This document shows positions 9,661 to 23,500 of a stretch of DNA of 59,936 nt, piece after piece; the stretch's first letter is position 1; each line of letters opens with the position of its first letter. The position numbers and the translations under genes were made by a program. The stretch lies in IMG/VR virus record IMGVR_UViG_3300006735_005664, positions 1 through 59,936 of that record. One strand, given 5' to 3'. Source of the stretch: a virus (lineage: Duplodnaviria > Caudoviricetes). The notes below the pieces were generated by a model. The model saw only the letters and a list, made by a program, of their open reading frames with translations, made no database searches and was not told where the DNA came from.

Positions 9661-10946
9661 TGCATGAGAATTTAGATAAAGATTTTTTAAAAGGTGATGA
9701 CTGGGATACAGCATGGACAGAAGATGATGATGGTAATTCTATTAAAGATCATAACTGGAAGTATAAAAGTGCTGTAGATAAAATCAAAAGTGATCATGGT
9801 TATGAAGGAGAAGCATTTACTCAAGATGAGGTTGTTCAAATGGAAGATTTTTATAAGACCATGAATGCTATGGGTAATGATGATCAATATAAAAGTTTAT
9901 TAGAAGGAACTCAATTTTATGATTCAGGAACAGGTGATCAAAGAATGGGTGAAGATTATGATTCTTCAGGATATTATGGAAATGATTTTGTTGGATTTGG
10001 TGTTAATACACAATTTGAAGAAGAAGGAGATGGTCCACCTCCAACAATAAATGCTCCAGAACCAAATGATCCAGATTTTTGGCTGCAAGATAAATTAGGA
10101 ATAGCTAATGCTGTTGCAAATAAGTTCGGCTTAAAGAAACGTTATCCAGTTGGAGTAACATATCAAGAGAATTTAATAGAACCTTTATATCAAGATCCAG
10201 GAAGAGCAATAGCTGCTATTGGAGAACAAGCAGCAATTGCAGCTAATTCAGCATCTACATTTGCAGGCCCTCAAAGAGCAGCTGCAGTACAAGCTAAAGC
10301 ACAAGGTGTTGCCGCAGAGCAGATAGCAGATACATTAGCTAAAGTTGATAATCAAAATCAAAAGATTGCATCTGAAACTAATATGAGAAATGCAGAAATT
10401 AAATGGAAAACACAAGATGCAAATAAAAAAGAATTAAAAGAACTGTATAATAATACAAACCTTACAGAAGAAAACTATGATAATCAGTTAAGAGCTGCTA
10501 ATGAAGTTATTACAAAAAGAATGCAAGAGGCTTACACTAACAGAGCTAACACTGATAATCTTAATAAGTTATATCCTCAATTTGATATTGATCCATCAAC
10601 AGGAGGTCTGATAAATATAACAGATCCAAAAGCTTTCTATGCTCATTTAAATAAAGATCAATCTGAATTTGATAAAAGATTAAACAAATTAAATAAATTA
10701 GATGAAAAAGGTTGGATTCCTGAAGATGGTATAGATGATAAGACAATACAACTATTATTAAAGAGTGAAGGTCAAAATCCTAGTTCAGATATGGAAAATT
10801 CAATCATGTCAGGTGGCTATCAAAATCCTGCTGCTTTTACTAATACTTTTGATCAACAGAATATATCAAGATATGGTTCTGAATATAAACCTTTTGCATT
10901 ACAAAGAAAAAAAAGAAGACTTAAAAATGTACCGGATGTATTTTAA
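9660..10946 (+). CDS. Putative virion (internal/ejection) protein, C-terminal part, with Ala/Gln-rich helical region
   Basis: 428-aa ORF overlapping the previous stop (TAATG); Ala/Gln-rich segment AIAAIGEQAAIAANSAS...QAKAQGVAAEQ typical of ejected core proteins. Confidence 0.65.
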   Translation: MHENLDKDFLKGDDWDTAWTEDDDGNSIKDHNWKYKSAVDKIKSDHGYEGEAFTQDEVVQMEDFYKTMNAMGNDDQYKSLLEGTQFYDSGTGDQRMGEDYDSSGYYGNDFVGFGVNTQFEEEGDGPPPTINAPEPNDPDFWLQDKLGIANAVANKFGLKKRYPVGVTYQENLIEPLYQDPGRAIAAIGEQAAIAANSASTFAGPQRAAAVQAKAQGVAAEQIADTLAKVDNQNQKIASETNMRNAEIKWKTQDANKKELKELYNNTNLTEENYDNQLRAANEVITKRMQEAYTNRANTDNLNKLYPQFDIDPSTGGLINITDPKAFYAHLNKDQSEFDKRLNKLNKLDEKGWIPEDGIDDKTIQLLLKSEGQNPSSDMENSIMSGGYQNPAAFTNTFDQQNISRYGSEYKPFALQRKKRRLKNVPDVF

Positions 10947-10970
10947 TACACCTTAAAAGTGTAGCATTAT

Positions 10971-11008
10971 TAGTTTTAAAACTTAAAAAATTTTATTATT
11001 TTTGATAT
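10971..11008 (+). promoter_or_regulatory. Putative promoter TAGTTTTAAAA...TATTTTTG, 4 nt before the ATG
   Basis: TAnnTTTG at 10997-11004; the upstream TAGTTTTAAAA is shared with 40710. Confidence 0.45.
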
Positions 11009-14000
11009 ATGGCCAGTTATTTACCAAATCACCAAGGATACATACCGCAGTTGCAGACGTTTACGCCTGACTATAAGTTCTTATCTAATGTTCTTCAGCA
11101 AAGGCAAAATAGGTATGATCAAAATTATAATGCTATAAATAACCTATATGGCCAAGTAGTATATGCTCCATTAACTAGAGATGACAATAAAGAAAAAAGA
11201 GATCAGTATGCAAATGATATAAGCAACTCTTTAAAACAAGTTTCTGGTTTAGATCTTTCCTTACAGCAAAATGTTGAAACAGCAAAAGCTTTATTTAAAC
11301 CTTTTTATGATGATGAAGAGTTGGTTCAAGATATGTTTAGAACTAGAAGATATCAAGAAGAATCACAAAATATGATGGAGATGAAAAACTCTAACATTAA
11401 AAAAAGAAGAGATAACTATTGGACTTATGGTGATAGATTTTTACAAATGAATATGGAAAAGTTTAAAACTCTTTCAGCTGATGAAGCATATAATTTACCT
11501 ATGCCTGAGTATGTAGAAAATCCTAATCTATTTGAAGAAGGTCAAAGATTATTAAGTGATCCTAATCTTGATGGAGATACTAGTGATGCTATGAAAATAG
11601 AGTATACAGATACATCAGGAGACTTTATAGTTACGTATGAGAACGGAAGAGCAATGACTAATTTTCCATACATTGATGAAAATGGTGTACAACGTTATAA
11701 AAATTGGGGAACAGAATGGTTAGCACAAGCTCTTCAAGATGATCCTAAAGTACAAAGAGGTTACTATGTAATGGGACAAGTTGTTGCAGAAGATTGGATT
11801 CAATCTAATTTAGAAGAGTATGGAGGTAACCGTTTTGCAGCTCAAAAAGCATGGGATGATAAAATTATAAAAGAATCTGTAGATGCACAAATAATAAAAT
11901 TATCAGAAACAGAAACTGCTTTGTTAGCTGCATCATTATCTGCTGAAAGTTGGGAAGAATATAAAAAAACTAATGGTATTGTAGAAGGAACAGCAGAAGC
12001 TAAATTATTAGATAGAAAAAAATATGAACTTCAATTAGCTCAAGATGCTAATAAAAGATTAATTGATAGAATAGAAAATCAAAAATCTCCAACTGATGAT
12101 CCAGAAGGATATCATCAAAAAGCTTTAGTATCATTTATGTCTATGCAGATAGGTGAGCAAATGGATGCTGCTGCTACAAAGTATGCACAGGGTACTTCTA
12201 AAGTAGAGTATGAAGTAAATGAACCTAAGCTTCAAGAAAAAAAACATTTATTTGAAAAAGGAATGCAAGAAGCTAAACAAGCATTTGAATGGGATAAAAT
12301 GATGCAAGAGCATCAAAATAAATTAGAACAAATAGCTGCTGAAGGAGGAAAGGGAAAAGGTGATAATAAAACAGGTAAAGGAAGTCAAGCAGATATGATA
12401 TCTGGCATGCTTGATGATATAGTAATGTCAGGTAATCTTAATCTTATTGGTCCACCAACACAAGAAAATCCTGAACAACTTTCTTCAGGATGGGAAGCTT
12501 TATATTCAAGTTATGAAGGAACAAAAAAAATGAAGTGGGCTCAAATAAGTTTATTATATAATAATATAAAACTTGCACAAGATCAACTAAGTGGTGGAGC
12601 TGGTGCAGGATCATTTCAAGTTATAGATGGTGGTAAAAAAGTAACAAAAAGTTTAGAAGAAGCTATGATGTTTCTTTTACAACCTGAAAATTCTGATGAA
12701 TTAGATAGAATTTATTCACAAATTCAAAAATGGACTAATGAAACAGATGAAGTTGAAACAGAAAATGGAATGGTTACTTTACAAAGATTTGCTCAAGGTG
12801 ATCCTGGATGGAATATGTATGTTGGAGATGATCCTAATACTAAAGAATTAGAAGGTACACCACTAAGAGTTTTACTTGCTGCTAATGAAACAGATATAAT
12901 GGGTAATACACTTATGTTACCAGAAATATCAAAACAGTTTAAAACAGATATTCAAAAAAGTTATAGGTATTTAAAACAAAATCAACCAACTAGTGAATAT
13001 TCTATTAATGCTAAAAATGGATATGCAGATAGAGTTGCACCAACAGCTGTATGGGAAGGTATGAGATGGGGTTTTACATGGGGTGATTTATATGCTCCAG
13101 AAGATGCAACAAGACAAGATGGTTCTTCACATTGGGATTGGATGGAGAAAGAGTTTAAAGCTCGTAATTTACTTAAACCAGATGACCAATTAACAGCTGA
13201 AGAATTAAAAATGTCTATAAGAGAAAGAATCATGAATACTCCATTAGATTATATGGTAGATAAGGATTATAGAAACTTTCAAATGTTAAGTTTACAAGGT
13301 CTTTCTACTGGTGGTAAAGATGAAAGTGGATGGTATCATGATAATAATGCTGAACAACGTACAAAAGAATATCTTAATAAATATTTTTGGGATGATGTTG
13401 ATGGTGCAAAACAACAAAAATTCTTTAGTGGTTGGAATAGTGGTAGAGGAGAAGTTTGGAATTTTGATAAAAGTAAAGGTTGGTACTTTGATTCTATAAA
13501 AGCTCAAAATCTAATTAATGAACATATGGTTAATATGGATAAAGAATTAAATAATTTATGGAGTGATGATAAAGCAATGCTAAAAGAAAAAGGTGTACCT
13601 CATCCAACTGTAGTACAAGATGTATATAATTTAGATGTAGATGATGCAGGATCAGGATTAATAGTATATCCAGTTAGTAATACTAATTTTGACACAAGAG
13701 AACCATCTGAATCAGCAATGGATAATTTTACAGCTGCTATACAAGCATTTAAAGCTGAAGATGCAATAGCAACTATAATTGGTGGTGATTGGAGTACAAA
13801 ATTTCCTGAAGAAACTATAGATGATCCTATGGCAAAACAAGCACTATCTCTTTTATTTGGTCAAGTACAAACAGGATTAAATAGTGACTTAGAGAGTAAT
13901 CAAACAAATTTTTTAATGAGCTGGACACAAGCAGGTGGTGGTGAAGGTTCTAGAACTGATGCAGATGGTGATGGTGTAGATGAGTATCATTCTCTTTATA

Positions 14001-14515
14001 CATTTGATTTAACAGACTCTGGTATACTTGATAAACTTAAAACTATAGAAGGTCCTGGGTATCAAGATGGAGAATTAAAAGATAAGATTAAATTTGAAGA
14101 ATCTGATCTTTATAAATCTAAAAAAATATCAATGCTTGTAGATCAAGAATTTGATAAAATACATAATAATAAAAATCTTATTAATAATAAACCAGATGGA
14201 TTAACATTGCTTGTAAATGAAATGGGCACCTATACACCAGACAAGATTCCAGGAGGGGGAACACTTACTGTATATAAAGATGATGCTGGTAATTTTAGAA
14301 TGAAAGTAGAAAGTCAAGGATTCAATCCTGTTACAGGAAACATAGAATGGGATCCAGGTTTAATAACTAACAGAATTATTGACCCTCAAATGATTTCTGC
14401 TGAGGTTGCACAACAACAATTTGATTTTCAAACTTTATCAATAGCAAATAGTTATATGCAAAACCAATGGAAAGAATTAAAAAAAGAAGAAGCTAACAAT
14501 GCAGAAAACCAATAA
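11009..14515 (+). CDS. Large virion protein immediately upstream of the virion RNA polymerase
   Basis: 1168 aa with a helical N-terminus; position matches the first member of the three-giant-gene block around the vRNAP in crAss-like phages. Confidence 0.65.
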   Translation: MASYLPNHQGYIPQLQTFTPDYKFLSNVLQQRQNRYDQNYNAINNLYGQVVYAPLTRDDNKEKRDQYANDISNSLKQVSGLDLSLQQNVETAKALFKPFYDDEELVQDMFRTRRYQEESQNMMEMKNSNIKKRRDNYWTYGDRFLQMNMEKFKTLSADEAYNLPMPEYVENPNLFEEGQRLLSDPNLDGDTSDAMKIEYTDTSGDFIVTYENGRAMTNFPYIDENGVQRYKNWGTEWLAQALQDDPKVQRGYYVMGQVVAEDWIQSNLEEYGGNRFAAQKAWDDKIIKESVDAQIIKLSETETALLAASLSAESWEEYKKTNGIVEGTAEAKLLDRKKYELQLAQDANKRLIDRIENQKSPTDDPEGYHQKALVSFMSMQIGEQMDAAATKYAQGTSKVEYEVNEPKLQEKKHLFEKGMQEAKQAFEWDKMMQEHQNKLEQIAAEGGKGKGDNKTGKGSQADMISGMLDDIVMSGNLNLIGPPTQENPEQLSSGWEALYSSYEGTKKMKWAQISLLYNNIKLAQDQLSGGAGAGSFQVIDGGKKVTKSLEEAMMFLLQPENSDELDRIYSQIQKWTNETDEVETENGMVTLQRFAQGDPGWNMYVGDDPNTKELEGTPLRVLLAANETDIMGNTLMLPEISKQFKTDIQKSYRYLKQNQPTSEYSINAKNGYADRVAPTAVWEGMRWGFTWGDLYAPEDATRQDGSSHWDWMEKEFKARNLLKPDDQLTAEELKMSIRERIMNTPLDYMVDKDYRNFQMLSLQGLSTGGKDESGWYHDNNAEQRTKEYLNKYFWDDVDGAKQQKFFSGWNSGRGEVWNFDKSKGWYFDSIKAQNLINEHMVNMDKELNNLWSDDKAMLKEKGVPHPTVVQDVYNLDVDDAGSGLIVYPVSNTNFDTREPSESAMDNFTAAIQAFKAEDAIATIIGGDWSTKFPEETIDDPMAKQALSLLFGQVQTGLNSDLESNQTNFLMSWTQAGGGEGSRTDADGDGVDEYHSLYTFDLTDSGILDKLKTIEGPGYQDGELKDKIKFEESDLYKSKKISMLVDQEFDKIHNNKNLINNKPDGLTLLVNEMGTYTPDKIPGGGTLTVYKDDAGNFRMKVESQGFNPVTGNIEWDPGLITNRIIDPQMISAEVAQQQFDFQTLSIANSYMQNQWKELKKEEANNAENQ

Positions 14516-14517
14516 TA

Positions 14518-17500
14518 ATGGCAGAAGAAAAAGAAATAACTAATAATTTGCCTCAACCAATACCTCCCGCAAAAGATGGAGTTAATCAAACTCCTATTGT
14601 TGATGAGACAAATTTTAATATACCTAATTATCCCAAACCACAAGAGTTTGATAGTATAGCAGATTCTATTATACAAGGTGTACAGAATGAAGCTCCTACA
14701 ATAGATGACAATACAAGAGCTGCACTTGAAGCTGCTTCATATGATATTAATAAAGTACTTCCTCAAATAGGAGGATATAAAAAATATTTAAGCCCAGGTC
14801 CTTCTGGACAAGGGTTTAATCCTTGGGAAGCTAGTACAAATAATTTTAATTTAAATACTGTAGAAGGTAGAAGAGCTTTTATGGCAGGTAGTAGTCAAAG
14901 AGCTGCACAAAATTTTCAAGACACAGGTAGAGGAACACCTTCTTCAGGAGCATGGCAAGATCCTGTTGTATTTGGAATGCGGGCTATGAATGCTGATAGA
15001 TATTGGAATCATCCTAAATTTGAAGAAATAGGATATCATCCATTTCAAGATAATGAAAGCTATTATAATACTAATAGTAGTTGGTGGGATGATATGAATA
15101 GATCTAGAGGAGCTTTTAGTACAATGTTTGGTCCTGCTTTTACAAGTAACTGGAGAGCTATTAGAGACTTTTTTCATGGTGATAATTTAGCAATGGACTA
15201 TAAAGGTTCTGAAGCTATGGCAGATGCCATGAGAATAGGATCTTCTAGTAGAGGAGGTATAGGTGGTTTTGCTAATGATCTTTTTATTAACAGTGCATAC
15301 ACTGCTGGTATTATTAGTAGTATGTTTGTTGAAGAAGCAGCTTTAACAATGGGAACAGCTTTTACTGGGGGTGCAACTTCTGGTATACAAGCCCTAAGAA
15401 CTGCTGGTCATATGAAAACACTTTTTAATTTAGGAGATAAAATTAGTGATATGAGTAGAACAGTGGGTAACTATTCAACTGATTTTCTCAGACAAATAGG
15501 CGATGTTGAATATGCTAGAAAATTTTATAACTGGACAAAGGGTAGTACATTCACACCTAGATCAGCTAGATGGTTAGCTAGTCAGCTTGCTCCAGAAACA
15601 TCTTATGCTATGTCTAAAATAAATTCAACTAGAAATACAGTTGAAAATATGGGTAACTTAGCAAAAACAGGAAAGTTATTTGGTGGATTTTATAGAGATG
15701 CAAGAGCTTTAAGTTTAGCTTGGTCTGAATCTAAATTAGAAGGGGGACTCCAAGAACTAGAAAAAAGAGAAGAATACTACATGAGAATGTTAGAGGAGAA
15801 CGGTGGTAATCCTTTATCTCAACAACAATGGGAAGCTTTAGATTATTTAGCAAAAGCAGATGGTCTTAGTACTGCATGGAAAAACTTTCCTATAATATGG
15901 TTAAGTAATAAATTTGTACTAGATGGAGCTTTAAGAGGTTTTAAACCTTTAGGTAGAATGCTAGATGAAACTATGGAAGGTGCAGGTGGTAGAATAATGA
16001 GAGGAGAAGTTAGTGGAAAACAAATGTGGTTTGATGCAGGAACAGGTCTCAAAAGAGTTTGGAATGCTGGATTCAAAGGTAATGCCCGTTTATTTGGAGC
16101 AGCAGCTCTAAGATACTCTACAGCTAATTTTGCTGAAGGTTTTCAAGAATTAGCACAAGAGGGTGTTTCTGCTGGTACAGGACGTTATTATGATGGGTTA
16201 TTTGAAGAAGCATTATCAACATCCATAGATCTTGATATTGCTGCTGTAGAATCTGCTAGAAAGACAAATACATATGAAGATGTAATGAAGGGTATTTCTG
16301 CTGGTTTTCAAGGAGAGTCAGTTAACTTTCATACGTTTATGTCAGGATTTTTAATGGGTGGTATGGTACAACCATTTCAAGCTGTTTTATTTAAACATAT
16401 GCCAAATCTCTATAAAAGAGTTTCAGACCCTAAAGAATTTAAAGCATATCAAAAAGCAAAAGAAAAATACATAACAAATTCTGTTAATACTCTAAATGAA
16501 TTATGGAATGAAAACCCTAGAAAGTATTTTGATATAACAAAGCTAGATGCATTAAATCAAAGATCATTAAATCAAGAAATGTTAAAAGCATCTTATCTAA
16601 ATGATATAATGGCTTTTAAAGATGCTAAAGATCAAGCAATCTTTAGTAAACTATATACAATGATTAAGCTTGGTAAGGGTGCACAATTTTCAGAGCATAT
16701 TAAAAACTTTTTAAATATGACTGATGAAGAATTGTTACAAGCATTTCCAGAAGCAGATGCATCAGTTAAAGATATAAGAAAAAGATTTGAGGGAATGGAT
16801 AAAAAGCTTCTTGATATGCAAGATAAATATCATAAGTTAAATGAAAAATATGTAAATCCATTTGATGAAAATAAATATGAGTTTGGATCTAGAGCTTATG
16901 CTCAAGAAGCTATAAGGCAAATGGCATATGATCATGCCAAAATGATGTTAATGTTTACCAATAACACATATGAAAGATCAGTAGAAAGAATGAATTCAAT
17001 CTATGAAAAACTTTCTGTAGATCCTGTTGTTGATAAAATGGCTGCTAATGATATCAATGCCTTATTAACTAGAGAGGGCATGATGAAAGAGATAAGAATA
17101 TTAGAAGATGAACTAGCAGTTCCTCCTGGTAAAACAGCAAAAAAAGAATATAAAGAAATATATAAACAAAAACAAGAAAAATTAAAGCTTCTAACTGATT
17201 ATAAAAATGTTTTAAATAGTGATAAAAATAAAAATAAAGACGGCACATTTAAAAAAGCTAAACTACCACTTCTTAAAAAAGCTTTTTTAAAGTATGTTAA
17301 TCATATTAAAGACACTTCAAATGGTAAGCTTACAGATAATGATGGAATAGATCAAGCAATTGAAATGATAGTAGATCATAAGATTTTAAACGGAAGACTT
17401 TCTGATTATGATAGAGCTAGAAGAATATTAGATAATCCAGATCATTTAGTTGAAGTTGCTGATAGAGTTGCTAATGCAATGAATAGAGTATGGGAGGCAA

Positions 17501-20500
17501 ATAAAAAAGAATATAAAATATATAAAGACACAAAAGAATTTGTTAATAATCAAGAACGCTCTAAAGTATTAACAGATTTAGCTAAAGAAGGTATTTTTGC
17601 TGATTCAGATCAAGCAATAATCTATCTTAAGTCTGGAGTTGTTCCTGATATATGGTATAGTGAGGATAGTAAAATTACTCCTATGACAGCTTTTGAAAAT
17701 CCTAATGCTTGGAAAACAAAAAATAGAATTTTAAGAAATCATAAAAAAATAAAAGAAGAAGAAGCAAAATCAGATGCTGTAGAAAAACAAAAAGTTAAAA
17801 ATCAAACAGAAGGTGATCAGGGAGATATAACTGATAAGGAGGTTAAAGATGTAAAAGAAGGAAAAAATAAAACTGAAAGAAGTGTATTTCAAGAATTCTT
17901 ATCTACAGATCCTAATACTGAAAAGATATTAGAAAAACAATATGAACAATATGAAGAGCAGTATGATCAGTTAATAACTAAACCTGCTTTTTATGAGTTC
18001 AATGAATGGATTCAAAGAGGTGATGGTGGTGCTCCAGTATTGAGGGCTAGAATGAAGTTGTATAATTTATGGAATGCACAGTCAGCAAAAGCAAAAGCAA
18101 AAGAACCTTTTGAACTTTGGTTAAAACAAAATCAAGGTAGAGCTGATGTTAATAATATTATTACAAATCAAAAATCCGCAAATGGTGAAAGTTTGGTAGC
18201 GGCAGATGTTATGTATGATACAGTGATGAATGAAAAATCAGAACTTCAACATACGTTAGACACAGAAGAAACTCAATTATATATTTTAAAAGATGCAGGA
18301 ATAGCTGTTATAAGAGTGGATGTATTTGATGAAGACACTCAAACTAAATCAAAGTATTTTAGAATAATAACATTAAACGGTAAGGATGCTTATGATGTAT
18401 ATGAGGATTTAGATAAAACTGGAGAGGTAATTAAAAAAACTTATAATAGAAAAACAGATGTAGATAATGCTGCTAAGTTTATCAAAGACAATAAAGTTAA
18501 AGGTGATACTTTTAAATTTGAAATTGCTCCTGGAGAATTTCAAGATCTTACTACTAAACAGCATATATATAAAGATAATAAAAAGTATATAGTACAATCA
18601 AGAAAATCACTAGTTGAAGAACATGGTAATCTATTTGTTACACCACAAGAAGGTGGAGACCCTATAAAGATTAATCCTGGTGAGTTTACTTCAGAAGGGT
18701 GGACTATAGGTGAAACATCAGCAGAAAGAAAAGATAAACCTGTACAGCTGTCAACAACTGAAGATGTTAGTAGCTTGACAAGACTTAGAGTAAATGAACC
18801 TATATCTTTTTATAAGTATATTTCAGATGAACAAGAAGCACAAGGCTACACTTCTGAAGAAGCTATACAAGATTTTGAAGAAACTTTAAAAAGACTTACA
18901 CCTGAAGATAGAAAAAACTTAACATTGAAAATAACAAAAGGTGAAAACTTTGAGGCGGTTATTGAAAATGCACCTGAAGATGCTAAAGGAATACAAAAGC
19001 ATTTTAAAGATTTTCCACAGTTTTATAATCAACAAGAAGATGATTTTTATAAAGCTAATTCTCAACTTAAAAGAGGTGCCTCTAAATTTAATGTAGTATT
19101 AATGTTAAATGACCAACCTATTGGGAGAATGTCATCATTTCATGATGCTGTTTTATTAGATAAAAACGGTGAAAGACTTGATCCTTTAACAATAACTGCT
19201 GATCAAGCAAAAAGATTATTTAGAACAAAAGGTCATGGTAGAGATGCTCACATAACTATTCAAAATAATTATGCATACTCATTAATGATAGAAAAAAAGT
19301 TTGATGATCTTTTAAAAGGAAAAGATACTGCTGATGTAAAAGTTGAAGATCTTAAAGATGATAATATTCATCTTCTTCTAGATCCAGGTAGACCTGCTTA
19401 TGGTAACAGAAAGAAAAAGAAACTATTTACTAAAATAAATGATCTTGATTATTGGGATATAGGGGAATATAAAGGTCAAAAAATATTTTACGTAGTTAAT
19501 CAACAAAGAAGATCTGGTAAAGCTGCTAGAGTAGAATCACCACCTATTACTAATCATCCACAAGAAGAAGCTGATATTCCTGCTTTTGAAAATCTTAGAG
19601 ATGAAGTAGATGCTATAATGGGTAATCAAGGTAAGACATCTTTTGATTACAAATTAAGAATGGGAAGATATATTATGTTTGTTAAGACTCCTAATGGAAC
19701 TATGACTGCTATTGAATTAAAGTCTCCACCCTTAACTGATGCTAAACTAAATGAAATATTTACAGATCTTAAAACTAAATCTGCAGAAATAGCTGACAAT
19801 CATATAGTTAATGAAAATAAAAGTAATGAAAGCTATTCAGATCAAGCAGAAGAAATTGCATATAACTTTGCTGATCAATTAGCATCTGAATTATTTATAG
19901 CTTCAGAAACTGAAGGTCAAAACATATCAATAGAACTTCAACCATACGGAGGAGTTGTTATTAGTGACTATAACACAACAAGTAAGAAACAAAGACATAT
20001 TACTATTTCACGTGGTAAGATGAAACAAATAGCAGACTTAAATGAGTTTATAGAATTTACTAATAAAAAGTGGACTGATGAACATGGTACTGACAACAAA
20101 ATAGAATTAAAAAAAGAATATTTAAGAAAAAATATTCCAAATAATATATCTGTTGAAGACTTTAAATCCGACATGACTGCTAATATACAACCTCATATAA
20201 GATATCAATTAGGTTTAAATCTTGAATATACTGGTGATGTTGAGGCATTAAAAGAAGCTCATGCACAAGCTAAAAAAGATAAGATATTAAAAAAAGAAAA
20301 TGCTGGATCTGTAGAAACAACTACAACAGATAAAAAAGAAATCAAAGAATTAAATAGAGAAACATTTAAAGCAATTGCTGCAAGTCAATTTAGAAGAGTT
20401 CCTGAAGGTATAATCAGAAGTATTGCACAAAAGATAGTAAACAAAGAAGAACTTACTCCACAAGAACAAGCAATAGCTAATTCACCTCAACAAAAAAGTA

Positions 20501-23500
20501 GAATTGCAGCTGAAAGAATGTCTTTAATGAATTCTCAGAATAGTCCAGAATCTGAAAAAAGAGTAAAGTCTGGTGACTTATTTAAAAGTAAAACTAGGAA
20601 AAATGAAAAAGCTCAAACTGATAAATTAAAAGAGCAAGCAGATCAAGCATGGATGGAAGCATTTGAAGAAGGTTTGATTAAATTTAATGGTGATAAAAAA
20701 GCAGCTAGTAAAATGGCTGATAATGATAAAAAATATATATCATTAATGGCTCAGTATAAAGATGCTAGAGAGAACTTGCCAGGTTTAAAAGTATTAGATA
20801 GCTTAGATAATTTTGACGAAGAAGATATACAAAAAATTGAAGATTTTGTTGAATGGGCTAAACAAAATTTACCTGACTGGATTCAAATAGAAAGTATAGA
20901 AGATCTAGGTGAAAGACTTAAGAATAGTGGCATGACAGTGGGAGCATTCTTAATGCATTTAAAAAACTCAGCACTTGGAGTAAGTGGAGGATATATAGGT
21001 AAAATTTATGTAGGTAAAAAAACTCCATATAAATACCATGAGGCTTTTCATGCTGTATTTAGAATGATGCTAAGTGAAGAACAAATCAATAAATTTTTAA
21101 ATCTTGCTAAAAAAGATGTAAATAAATTATTAAGATCCACCAAAGGTTATGAAATGATACCAGGGTTTTTTGCTAAAAGTAAGAAACAAGCTCTTGACAA
21201 ATTAAGAACGCTAAGTCCTGTGTATGAAAAGATGAGTGATAAAAAGCTAGAAGATGTATTAAATGAAGAATATTTAGCAGATCAATTTGAGATGTTCAGA
21301 CAAAATCCTAAAACATCAAAAGTAGATTCTCAGGTTAAATCTTGGTTCACAGTTGTATGGGAATTTATTATGTCAATCTTTACAAAGATGGGCAGTAAAA
21401 ATAATACACAAGAAGATCCAATGCATGAATTATTTAAAGATATTGATTCAGCAAAATATAAAACAGCTAATGTTCAAAATAATAGATTTACAGAAGCTGC
21501 TGCAAAATTAAACGGTGGTATTACTACACCTGCTTATAAGTTATTAACTAAAGATGAAATAGAAGTTCCTGTACAAATTAGAAGAGCTGGTGAATTAATA
21601 ACTGTTAAAAAGAAAATAAAACAAACCTTTACAAGTGATGAGTCAGATTTACTTGTTAGAAATTCTGTTAGTGCATATTGGGATTTACGTGCTAAATTAA
21701 AAATAGATCAAAAGAAAAAGAAAGTAGCAGACAAAGCTAGAAAAGCAGCTGAAAAAAATGTTATACATGAAGCTGTTAATTTAGTTATTCAATATCATGA
21801 TCCTAATGGTCCAGCATGGGATAACTTAGATATGAAAACAGAAGCTGGTAAAAAAGAATATAAGCAACAAAAAGATAAATACGAAGCTCTTTTAGCTTAT
21901 AGAAAAGATTTTAGAGATGCTGTTAGAAGTTATCTTGATTTAGTACAAAAACAAGATCAAGATATGATAGATGATTATGATTTGGCAGATAATGCAGAAG
22001 TTAAAAGTACAGAAGATTGGGATGAAGAAGCAAATCAAAGAGGAGGATATAGAAATCTTCCAACACAATTAAGAATGTTTATAGCTACTACTGTTATTGC
22101 AGAGCAAGATAAACATGGCAACCCTATATACTTAAATCCTGATGCTCCAAAAAATAAAAGAATACAACTTAAGGCTGGTGTAGATTATATTCAAGCATAC
22201 AATGGTTTATTAAAATCTGTATCAGGTACTTTAGATGAAGTAGATATGTTAAAGAAAATGTATTTATTTTCAAGAACAAATAATCATAGTAGAGCTGTAA
22301 TTAGAAAGTTCTTTAATAAAATATTTGGTAAGAACGGTATGCAGATTGTTGAGCAAACAGTTATAGAAAATGGACAGTTGCCTGCACAATCTCAAATAGC
22401 TGATCCAGAATTTTTAAACATGATGTTTAATGGTTTCTATCAATTCAGAGTTGATTATATATTTGCACTAAGAGATAAGAAAACTGGAGAAACTAGTTTG
22501 TTTGCTGCAAATCATAAAGATGATGCTCACAATCAGACAACAAAATGGAATGCTGCTCATCAAACAAAAATTAAAGCATTAAGAAATAGAAACTCAATGT
22601 TAAAAGGAGGAGCTTTAAGAAAGTTAAATAGTTATGTAATTAATCCTTTAACTAATGATTTAAGATCAACTGAATCTCCAAAAAGCTTTGAGGCCTTAGA
22701 GGATAAGTCAAGAAGATATGCAGAGCAACTAGAGGATTTAACAGGAATAAGTTTAAGTGCAAATTATATTGCATATAGTATATTACAAACTAAAGATCCT
22801 TCTGATCCTAACTTAATTGCATTAAAGACAGCATATACAGAACAAGGAATAACATTTGAAGATCTTGAAGAGTTATCTATATCCCTACAAAAGGGTGAAG
22901 AAATATTTTATGATCATCAAGAAATTGATAACCCTGATAAAGTTAAAGACAATGATGGTAATGAAACTGTTCCAGATACTGAAATAGTAGAAGGGGGTAT
23001 AAAAGGTAGATTAAAAAAGTGGGCATTAGGAAATGCTGTTTTTGATGAAACAGTTGGATCAACAGTATTTTTAGATCCAAAAGGTAATTTTATATATGCA
23101 CATCAATTACCTACTTATCATTTAGAAAAAGTTGCCATGATTAATTCTGCAGAAGGAATTAAAATGGAAAAAGATGCTAACCCTGATTATGTTAAAAATT
23201 ATTTACTTAATGATCCAGCATTTAATTCTTTAGCTGAAAATCAACAGTTAAAGGTTTTAAGAATGATAGGGTTTAAAGAAACAACAACTAGTCTTACAGC
23301 AGATGGAACTAGAGTTGAAAATAAAGGTTTAGATGCAAATGCTATGCCTGGTAAATCTTATGGAGAGCTTACTGATGCAGAGCAGCAAGCTAATTTAATT
23401 AATATGTATCTTCTTAATGTTAGTCAAAGGTCAGGTAAACTTAGACAAGAAAATTATTATACTGAACAAAAAGGTAGAAGAAATAATACAATAGAATTTG

